Source: Iphione sp. A-MEVVRFRX5
Lineage: Eukaryota
DNA: 64,000 nucleotides
Direction: 5' to 3'
Assembly: GCA_976226885.1 (NCBI GenBank)
Contig: OZ320317.1
Location: 42,222,001 to 42,286,000 of the forward strand
Of this stretch, positions 39,547-50,400 are shown in pieces; within the stretch, counting starts at the first letter, position 1, and each line of letters opens with the position of its first letter. The translations under genes and the position numbers were made by a program. The notes beneath the pieces are model-generated. The model saw only the letters and a list, made by a program, of their open reading frames with translations. It had not been told where the DNA came from and ran no database searches.

Positions 39547-41647
39547 AAGAGGAAAGATGATGATCTCTATGAACGTTAGGCTTGATAAAACCGCCTCATG
39601 ACAAAACCAGCTGCATGCGAAAGATGGAGGGGGTGAGGACAAAGCAGGCAAGCAAGTAGTACGACTGTATAGGCGGTGGAAGGGATGATACAGGGGTCTT
39701 GACATAAAGGCAAACCAAGAGGATTCTAATTTCCGAATCCTTCATAAGTCGTCATAGAAAAATAGGATGCGTCAGGATGCAGGATAGATGTACATGCAAA
39801 TGAACAACAAATAAAGGCGGTAGGACAGAGAAATTTTCACAAGGGTACTCTGAGATACAGAAGTCATTCAAGATCTTAGAGTACATGTGCTTCATTAGAT
39901 TAAAAAGAAATCACTTTACTCTCTATTTAATACCTAAATTGAAAACAATAGATCAGGAGTCCCAAAAATTTTGAATTTAACCGTAAATGCATAGAAAGAA
40001 TGCAGGACTAAAGTCCAATATAACTTGTTTACCACAGTGTTCCTTCATTAAGAATCACCTCATCCCTCCTAGTCCACATACAAGACATTCTATCTTTTCA
40101 ATTACGTCTGATCACCGTCTATAGACCCTACATTTATTGCTAATTCATATTCGTTAACAAGAGTTTCCAATCGAATAAGGTAGAATGACAATTTGGATCG
40201 AATGACAAATATTATATGCTATGTTGGACAGGGGAGTCTTTTTCTCGCGAAAGAGTGTTAAGCTGTTGTTGTAAACCTTTTCTGTATCATCATCACTCAG
40301 GTCGCCAGAGCGATGCCTCTCAAATGCACAGGGGGATTAATTTTTCCGAGATGAAAATATAGCCAGATTTACGAGATATATAGAGATCAACGAGATTAGC
40401 TATAAAATTTGATCATCCTACAAAATGGAATACTTCTAGGTTTGGAATAGCACCACCGTGACAATTATAGATCACATGTTCCTGTTCATGTGTCTGTTGT
40501 GCATATGATGTTTTTTTTCAAGTAATGCGTCTGTGCAGGACTTCTTCATATTTCTTCGGAAGTCTTCTTCTATGTAATGACTTCTTCATTTTCTTCGTTG
40601 TTACTCTTCTTCTTTTATGTTGTTCTCATTAACTTCAATACCGTTCTTCATATTCACTTTAGAACAGGAAATGCTTTCAAATTTTGAATTTGTCTATATG
40701 TGACGTGTTATCAAAAGACTAAATGAAATAGTTGTAAAAATATTTCGACGTGCCAAAAATTTGAAATCCTTTTCAAAAATACGTTAATTAGTAAATACCG
40801 TAATGAAATTTGAAAGGCCAAAAGATTGATATTCCATAGCAAATTTCAAATCTTTCATTTACATTAAGATATAGGACCCTAGTGCTTGTCAAGTCAGTGC
40901 ACCAGGGCCTATATTGTGTCTGCAAGGAATGAGACGACCCCAAAATGTCATGATCTACACGTGAGCAAGTTCTCCACAAAGCAAGTGCTGCCATAGATGA
41001 GGTGACTAAATAACGCCACCTAATCCCAAGCAGCAACTCACTCTCTGTAGAACGCGCCCATCGGTGACGCTACATTGTGAGTTCCTCATTCTCAATGCTT
41101 TTGTCATAGTTTTCATCGTGTCAAATGCCTCTTCAAGCATTCTTGTCTTCTTCAGTCTTCACAGCCCTTCCTATCTTCAAGTTTCTAATCAGTCCGTGCA
41201 ACCTTCCTACTTTTCCCTATCCGATCTTCAGAGCCTTCTAAATGGTTGTGGCTTCTTCAGATCTCCCTGACATTCTAAATCTTCGGGGATTCTCTCAGGC
41301 CATACTCCATGGCCTATTCTTTCTCTTCAATCGCCTTCTTCTGATCTTCACAGCCTTCATATAATGTCTGGCTTTCATAGATCGTACTTAGGCTTCTAAT
41401 TCTCATGGGTTCTTTTGGTTCTTTCAAGCCTCTTCAATTCTTCAGGCTTATCACAATTCTCTGTACGTAATCTTCATGGCTTCTCAGATCATGTTTGCCT
41501 TTGATAAAATGGTCATGGCATGTATAGATCTTTCTGAGCCTTCACTGACTTTTGGATCTTTGCGTACCTTTTGTCAATCAATTGGCATTCTTATATCATT
41601 TTGCCATCTTCACTGTCTTCACTTCTTCAGTGATATTGTGTGTCTAG

Positions 41648-41808
41648 GTCTTCATGAATTCAAGTCTTCATGAGTAAAACAAGTCTTCAATTTTCATGTC
41701 TTCATATTTTCAAGTCTTCATAGTTTCAAGTCTTCACATTTTTCAAGTCTTCACATTTTTCAAGTCTTCAGTTTTCAAGTCTTCATCTTCAAGTCTTCAA
41801 AGTCTTCA
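41648..41808. repeat. Minisatellite of about 10-19-bp units with core CAAGTCTTCA
   Basis: Eleven GTCTTC cores counted in about 160 bp. Confidence 0.85.
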
Positions 41809-43446
41809 GTCAAGATAGGAGATTGAGGGGAAATGTTTCTTCAGATAGCCATTCTCATGTTTACTTTACTATAAATATTTTGATATTTCGATCTCTGTGA
41901 TTTACTAATAGAATTACTTACCAATATTTCTTACGTATAGTACTTATCAATATTACTTACAAATATTGATAATGAATTATAATCTCTTACGATAAGTTAC
42001 CATTAACTCCATTACTCTTAATATTGTATTCATTCAAATAGCATTGCTCTTAATGATAAAGATATATTACTTCTTAATGATAGGATAGAGGGAAGGATTG
42101 GGAGAGTCGTATGTCACATTTTGTCATTTATTTTTGTAGTATAAATAATTGCATATTTGCCATCAAATGGCCACTCATTTTACTCGATATGTCGTCAAAT
42201 AAGTCTCGTTCATACTTATCACAAGTTTGTTTGAGTATATCATTAGCTCGCCAGTGGTAACTGACGGCCAACAGTCTGTTAATGATCACTTCATCAACGT
42301 GAGTCTTGTGAGTTAATCTGTTCATCATCCCACCCAAGCACAGCTCGGGCGGAACATGACGTCTACTGTATATATCAGGCAGTCAAGCTGGTTCTATCAC
42401 TCAAGTAGCCTCCAGGGCTCTCGTGGCAGTCTTTGAGTAGAATAGTATGCAGTCTCTGAATATAGGCGTACGTTGAATAGTAATAAGTCTCCAATGAACG
42501 TGGGTGTAGCACGATATGCAGTTCACGATAGCTAGCAACATTATAGACTTACTATATACTGAGTTTATACTTAAACTGTAGTTAAACTAAAGCTTAAAAT
42601 AATATGTCACTAAACGTAAACGCTCACTAAAAGCACTCATAGTTATAACGTCACTAAAGTAAGATTAAAGTAGTCTTCATAGCTTCTCAGCTTCTAGTCA
42701 TTGCCTTCTTCGTCAGTTTCTTCGTGGTCATGGTTTCACGTTGGACAGTCTTCTAGGGCGAATGTTTCTTCGCGTCTTCGATAGCTGTAAAGCGGTCAGG
42801 TATCGTTCAGTATGTCTTCGTAAGGGGTCGCTTCAGTCGCTCGTTGGCTAGTCATCGTTCATGGTCGGTAGAAGGTCAAAGATCGGACGCGTCATGACCT
42901 TGCGTCTGACCTTTGAAGTCTTCACCTCTTCTTTTGTAGACAGAGAGGGCGAACCCGTAGAGGTCCGCCGCTCTCAGTGACTCTTGGCATCAGTCCCTCT
43001 TTCACTCAGAGCCATAGGCTGATCAGTTACTTCTAGCTTGACGATAAAATAGTAGTAAGTGGGAGAGTGTCTATAAGCGTTGACAATGTTCCCACAAGAT
43101 GACAGTGCATCACAATGAGAGAGTCACAACGTGTAAGTTGTCAGGCCGGCTGACTGTGAGACAGTCCCAGACGACAAGGGTTAAACTTGTAACAGTATCA
43201 GCGGCACGAAGGGGTTAAGTCCATTACTGACAACAACAGTGGGGAGCTCGTGGTAATAAAGTCCACTTGGGGAAACAGATGACTCTCGACTTGCCGTGTA
43301 TATCACACTGGGTAACGTAACTAATCTTCAAGGGTTCTTGGTCAACTCAGGAACTAAAATGATAACTTGACACCCCATGTAATGTCTATATATGTAAACG
43401 ACGTCAAATACTGTATGTCGGGGGGTGATGAATGGCGGGGGATGAC

Positions 43447-43579
43447 TATATACATATGCCTTTGTACAGTCTTGCTATGTACAGTTTAAATATGTACAGT
43501 TCATGTACAGTCCTCTTGGGACGGGTGGTATTCTTACCACCTGACAGTCAGTCTCATTGTAGGTGTGTGTCTATGTACA
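43447..43579 (-). promoter_or_regulatory. 3' UTR cluster of Pumilio response elements (UGUAHAUA)
   Basis: Four exact matches on the mRNA strand (plus-strand TATATACA 43447-43454; TATGTACA 43476-43483, 43491-43498, 43572-43579) and two near matches (about 43461, about 43502), 130-260 nt after the stop codon. Confidence 0.65.
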
Positions 43580-43707
43580 CAAGTGAGGTCGTCAGCAATA
43601 TAAGCTCAAGTCGCTCGATGGCCCTCTGGTGGAGGCAGTTAAGGCAGCTCAACGGGAGTTTTGGGGGCATAATTTCTCCGGTAGCTTGATAATTCGTTTT
43701 CCTCTCT

Positions 43708-44455
43708 TTATCTTTCACTGCCGTTAGCCTGCTGGGCTGGGTCAAAAGTGTGCGCATGCTCAAGGACATGCCGTTCACACACGACCACATCCGGGTCGGG
43801 GTCACTGCGGGGCGCTAAGAGATGCGCTTCAAATGTATGCGCACTACTTCCACCACCGCCGCTCTCCCGAAGCGCGTCCGGATCCAGGACGAAGTATTGT
43901 GGCGCGTCGGCCGGGCGCGCCGCAACCTCTGTGCGCCGGTGGTGCACAAGGCGCGGCGCCGCAATAGCCGCCGGTGCCGTCGTCGAGCTGCACGTGTAGC
44001 CACTTCCTGCAGATACACAACCGTGAGGCTGTGCTTTCCCTGGGGCATAGCAGCTACGGATGCGCATGCTCCTGGCTGTCGGCAAACTTCCATTTCCGCT
44101 TCCATACCCGTAGAGGACGCGTGGATCTTTCCGGTGCACAAGCGCCCTCTCCAGCGTGCCTCCATGCACGGACGGGAAACGGAACTCCTCGACGTAGGCG
44201 TACTCGTTCTCGTCGAGGCGCCCACCACACACTTCAGTGCGGCAGGCGATGATCGCGCCGTCGGCGGTGATGGCAGAACCATCGTCGTCATCAGCCGCAT
44301 CAGCGGCTTCGACAGCGGATGCGTTGTACGTCGTCGTAGTCGGCGAGAGGAATTTAAACTTCTTCTCCGTTGAACATGCCCGGGTGGGGGTCATCGAGCG
44401 GCCGGATGGAGCAGCCACGGTTGTCTTTGTCGGTAAGTGCCTGCTGCTGTACGAC
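43708..44455 (-). CDS. Terminal coding exon: long cytoplasmic tail
   Basis: Acceptor ctcctgtctctgcag, 748 nt, GC3-rich codons (GAC GAG AAC GAG TAC GCC TAC GTC GAG GAG TTC). Contains ENEYAYVEEF and PQYFVLDPD Tyr motifs; stop TAA at 43708-43710; matches ORF 43708..44511. Confidence 0.85.
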
Positions 44456-47400
44456 CTGCAGAGACAGGAGGGGATCGAGCGGTTAAGAGACGGTCGCTCA
44501 CGCAGCGGCATAGGATTCTCTGTGCCCTCTAATGTTAGTAATTAATGGTCATGGAGATGCAAGAGCCTTACTGCTCCTTGAACTTCACAAGTATTTTCAT
44601 TGTTAAGAGTTCATATTACAACTAAAGTAACAATTATCAAAAGGTTACTAGTCATTGCTTGTCAATTCATAATGATTATTATGTTCACCTTATGTATAAT
44701 CTTAAACAAAGACATGCAGGATAGTTTACACGTTACGTATAACCATTGCACAACGTTAATAATTAATGAGAAAGTATACATATAGACACGTTCGAGATAG
44801 GAGGACTACTTCCACTGTTACATAGTGACAACTCAATCAATGTACGTATACGGCTCACAGCATGTCTCCATTATGCATCGAGAGAGGACCAGATACATAA
44901 AGTGAGAGCTACAGAGGAACACGAACCACCATACGGTATGTCTTGTTGCATGTGGGAGGGAAAAAGACATTTGGTTTTGTCCCGCCATGACTTGAGATTA
45001 CCGGCCATGCTTAATCCGAGTAGCTCAGGACGGCTTAACCGGATTGTGTAGCAATAGATGGCGATCCGAAGGATTAGGAGCGAGGAGGTATGAAACAGTT
45101 TGATAGATTAACATGGCGACGATAGTCGACGTTTGGCGAGGAGCTTTACCCCCTCCCGCCCTGCATCCCTCCGAGTCCAGGGCGGAACGCGGTCAGTGAG
45201 GGAGTTAGTGGGTCGCAATTGTGTGAGAGTGGGATAGGAACACAATAATTGAGGGCAGGTAGTGGAAGGAGAGGCTGGCAAGGTGGAGTATGTATACGAT
45301 GGTTATACATACTGGAGAGAATAGAGTACGCCAATCATACAGTTCAACTAACACGAATTACAAGTGTTCTCAGCGACATGTGCTGTTGATAAGGGCGTCC
45401 TACAATGTCAACAACATCTCATCAAGACCACCAAGCACTGCGACATGTTTGTACAGCTAGAGAGGGACAGAGTTTTGTTCGGAGAGACAATATTGAATGC
45501 GGGGAAAACATCCCACTGCGCGTGTGCGCAGGGACCTGTTTTCCAGCCAAGGAGTAATAGGAGTATACATAATCACCATCATACAGGAATGGCTCAATGC
45601 CGTGTACTACAGCAAGAGGACAGCAATTGCCTTCACAGAGGCTGCCATCAAAGAGGTCATGAGTGGAGTGAGGGGAGGTGGGTGGGTGACGACGATAGTG
45701 TGATGTCTGCACGCCGTCTTACCTGGTAGAGGTTAGTAGGGGGCCTGTTGGATGGGTTTTTCTTGTTGTTTTCGGACCACACTTGGAATGTGATAACGTA
45801 GGGGGATTCTTTCTGGTTGGCAGGGTTAGTCTTTGTGGGGTTGGCCTGGTTCACCTCCTTCAGTTTCTTATTGGTTCTGCAAAAACACCCAAATGCGGAC
45901 CACTCTAGAGTTGCTCCTTGGTGTGTGTATATCAACCTGTATATTCATATATTGTATTCGAGATACACACAACCTTCCCTGTTTCAATGCTGTAAAACCA
46001 TTTAGCAACTTAAAAGGATATCAAAATAGCCCAAAACCTTACTTGAGAATTAAAAAATGCAAATAATTAAAACGAGATCAACTGGATGGGGAATAAATTA
46101 ATGCTTTGTAATGAAAAGCGCATAGCATAAATATTATATTAAAGCTTGAATAACGAAATTAATGAAACTTTAAATGAGAGAAAAATACCAATTGAAGCAG
46201 CAAAAAATAAACGTTCTTGGCGTATCTCCTGTGTATAAATCGGACACCTGTAACATGTGTGTAAAAGAGAATTTCCAGTAGGACAAAAAATATTTACCTG
46301 CGCAGGCAGAAGAGGCCGAGGATGAGTACAACAACTCCAACAAGCAGAGCAACTCCGACCACGATCAGGACTGAGGAACCTAGAGAGACAGAATGAAGAG
46401 CATACTGATCAGCGACCTGCACATAGTACGGAGGTGCCGTTCAGGAAATGGCACTCTTTATACTATCATTAAAGGCTAATGACTTAACCCTTTAAGGGCG
46501 ATTGATGCCTCCAGGCATTCCCAGGCAAAAGCCTGATGATGCCTGAAGGCATTCCCATGTAGAGGGCGAGTAATGCTTTCAGGCATTATGAATAAGAGTA
46601 TGTTTTTGAAGTGCTTCTGGGATTTCTGTGACTTTTTCTATAAAACACATATATTAATTAGTTACAAAGAGGTCATTTGCCTTTTTTAACTATAAAAAAT
46701 CATTGTTATTTGTATATCTCATATTTACCAGGTTTACATAGGCATTCTTATAAATACACCCCTCGCCCTCTGGAAGGTTGCTCAGCTAGATATCCTCGCC
46801 CTGTAGTGATATTATCTAATACCTGGTCCAGCCCTGAATGGGTTAAAAGAACATGTTGGTAGTCGAGGCGGGCATGGCCCTGGATAATTACACAGGCCAG
46901 TGTTTGAGGTGTCAAGAAAATGAGTTTGAGTGGTCTGTAATGATGACGTTATGGAAACTTACCATGGGGGAGGGTGCCGAGACGAAGGAGGCTGGGCTCG
47001 TCATTTTCTGCAAAACACGAGACAGAAGGACGTGGTTATTAGTTGCTGTCAGCAACAGAAATGTGCAGAAAAGGAAAAAAACGCAAACATACAAATATGT
47101 AGACGTGTACTTCTAACTACCCCTGGACATCGGTGCTGGCAGCTAGCAGCCGCAGGTGGCAAACGTTTCATTCGTTTCAAACCACACGTCGCTTTTTGTG
47201 GACAACCCTCCGGGTGGTATACCAGCACATATTCGCAGAACGCACACAGCGAGAAGTAGAAATCAATACGGCAAGGGTAGCTATAATCAACGTATGCTCC
47301 CTAGGAGTCCTGTACTATTAGATTGGGAGCGGCCAAGGTTATACATAGGCACTGAGGTAATTTAAAGACATCCCCGACCTACGTATTGCCACCAGGCTCT

Positions 47401-50400
47401 GACCAAGTACCTCTCAGGCCTAGGGTGGTCCGTTTCGTCAGGCGTGTTGTTATTCCTCGCTTTATGAGGCGCCCCGACCTTGACCACTCGGCCCTCTGGT
47501 GGGCGGGCCTGACACCAGCCATTACACGCCGAATGAGCCGCCGCCAGGGCGTGCCACATGACATGGCTACGGAAGGCGGGCGACGAAAAAGTCAGTAACG
47601 CAAAAAAATGCTGTCTGCGCCACTCGTTCGCAGACATTGGTTTTATTGGCGGAAAGCACCCCTGCGAATCGCTATCCTCTCTGTACTAACCCCTAGAGGT
47701 GTTTTCCCTACCAAAAAGGAGGATGATTTGCCCGGTCTTGTCTTTTAAATTAAAGTGAAGCAAAAAAAGAACGACCAGACAGGATGCGGTGCAGAGCCCT
47801 TCATCAATTTTCCCGCCAAAATCTAATTGTCTGCTGCCACACGTGCGTTCCATCCCGGGACGCAAGCTTCCCCAATATATACCAGTTGCCGAAGTATTTG
47901 TCCTCTTTAGGACCTAAAAAGGCCAAGCGCTTCATCATTTTGTGACGAAAGAGTAGCATTTTAGCCAATTTGAATAGCAACTATCCCATTATTACGCTTC
48001 TCGCTTATTACATTTGCCAAATGTGTTAGTTTCAATTTCCAACCTTAAAAGCATTGTCGTTTTAAGCCCGGGGTCTCGTCACGTTTATGTTTTTAATTGG
48101 AGAAAGATGACAGTGGTAACCATAGAAACGTGCAGCTTTTTTGGCCAATATACCTGGGCATGAAAGTAACGTTAGCTCGTTGCCAGTAAAATAGTGATCA
48201 CTTATCAGTTGTCTTTCTTGCCAGAAGGCATCTGCGGCGCCACACGTTGCAGAGAATATACTTGATCTAGTTTCAATTACCGTAAACAAGCATACTGACA
48301 AAGGCTGGAAAAAGACGTGCACCGGAAAGGGGTAGGAAAGATGATTGTAGCACGTGGTTAGGTGGTGAGGAGAGATTGAGGGGGGAANNNNNNNNNNNNN
48401 NNNNNNNNNNNNNNNNNNNNNNNNNNNNNNNNNNNNNNNNNNNNNNNNNNNNNNNNNNNNNNNNNNNNNNNNNNNNNNNNNNNNNNNNNNNNNNNNNNNN
48501 NNNNNNNNNNNNNNNNNNNNNNNNTATTTCGTTTCCTTCGCATGGCAAGTTCTAGAGTAGTATGTCGGGCTAGTTATGTCAGTTTATCAGGTAGGTAGGT
48601 ATATGAACTTACCGATGCTGCAGTTGCCCTTAGGTCCGACCCATTCGCTGCCCTGGCAGGTAAGTCTCCAGGCACGGTCGGGCTCGCTGTTGCAGCCCAT
48701 GTTCATGATGTTACCCTCACGCTCCACCCATCCATCAACAGGGGGCGTGACATCAGGGCAGCCGACGGCTGTAGGGAAACAAACCAACATGGTCACATTA
48801 GAAGAGGCGCGTATGTGAACAGGTAAGGGAGTATAGTTTAGGTAGGTGCACTTGTTGCGTTAAACATATAAGGCGTTCACGACCTTTCACCATTCCTATA
48901 TAAATGACAGAGCTTGTTTTTTAAATATAGCGATGATATAATGCTAGTGATATTAACTTTCAAATACTTTTATCTAATTGACTGTGAGCATTGTTATTTC
49001 AATATCATAACTTTTTTTCATTTTTTTTCTGGAATTGAAACTTGAAATGGGTATAAACAGCATAAGGCAATGTAGAACTGTAATTGCTGCGTCAGTAAGC
49101 ACGTTTGTGAAGGAAATAATGAGTTCAAAAAGATAAAGAAAGATAGGGAGAAAACAGAGACATAGTACTTGTGGTGCGTGTATGAGATGACGCCAAAGTG
49201 TGACGCTTGTAAGGCCGAGTGAATCTGAGAGGCGTCATGAATAATTTGTCGGATGTGTGTGGGTAATTGAGATGTAGCAGGAGTGAGCTATGGCCGAGCC
49301 TGGTTCTAAGTGATGTATGAGGTGAGAGGGCTTCGACCTCCGGGATGGTGCAGGGAAAAGCAGAGTGGAATAGGTCCCATACTCTAGGGCTTAAGGTCAA
49401 CGTTCCCCTTGGAATCTCCTCTAAAGACAAGCCGTAGGGACTGATAGGGATAATAAGGAGTCTGATGATTTGAAGGGTGCAGGTCTTTTATTTTTGAAGC
49501 CCCCCCTCCCGCCTTTATGGGCTAAACTGTAGGATCCATTACACAAATTGAATCATCAATAGGGAACTCAAACTGGATTACACTCCTCTCCATTAGACCG
49601 ATAGAGCTGCAGCTGGCTCAATGAAGTGATGATACTCATATCGCTGCAGCTTGATGATACCACTCCACCATAGAACTAAGTCTATAAGGTTTAATTGTGT
49701 GACAAAATGACAGTGCCTGGGAAAGGACTACTCGCTCAATATCGGACTGATCATCTCGTCACATGATTTGTCTCTGCCGACTGTGTATGCGTTAATCGTC
49801 CATGCAGGTCCGCTAATCCCCAGTTTACAGGTCGATTATTCCCCGGTGTACCGCTAAGTGGTATCAATAATTCTCAGAGGAAGCCTCTCCCCCCGAGAGA
49901 TGGGAGGAACCCCCTTGGGGGATGGTTAGAGGAAAGGGTTGAGATGATGGCGGTCGGATGATGAAGGATACGACAATATATCTACCGATCTGTATTGAGC
50001 ATTGCTGCTGTCCTGCGGAAACCCCTACTTAAGGGCTGGCTTTTCTGGCGACCAGCACGACCGTGTAATAATACTTTCTGTGCTGCTATTCATCTTAGCC
50101 CCCGAACATGTCTAAGCCAATCACTGAGAGTAGTATGCATTGACTTTACTGTTAGCCCAGCTCTAGCTGCTATATTGAGAGAGTGGTATTTCAGAACCTC
50201 GTCTCTCCTATCTTCGAGCAATACCCTCCATTGCTTTCACCCACGCATCCAAGACAGGCACAGAGCTCCACCAGTCCTACAATCCCTCACGCTCGACGGC
50301 CATGACACCGGAAGTTGAATGACGTTTCAACAGCCTCGCTTCCAATTGGTTTCATTTGTGCCCTCGGGGCGAACAAATTTAATTTCCGTCGGGTTGGCTG

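Noticed and set aside
39494-39601. MAEEGEEEE... short acidic ORF beside the promoter-like block
   Set aside because: Only about 35 codons, built on the (GGA)n repeat, with no donor to extend it.
43175-43220. Two GGGTTAA piggyBac-like right ends
   Set aside because: No partner TTAACCC left end nearby.
43748-44545. Plus-strand ORFs (e.g. 43822..44373, 183 aa)
   Set aside because: Antisense shadows of the GC-rich terminal exon; no independent splice or motif support.
45400-45456. Acceptor ctctgtccctctctag followed by LYKHVAVLGGLDEMLLTL* as an alternative last exon
   Set aside because: Phase-compatible with the 154-nt exon, but there is no other support and the only internal donor (TT|GTAGGA) is poor.
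45720-45738. TACTAAC...CAG|GTAAGA resembling a recursive splice site
   Set aside because: The branch A would be only about 10 nt from the AG, and the sequence is fully explained as the coding end (PTNLYQ) of the 154-nt exon.
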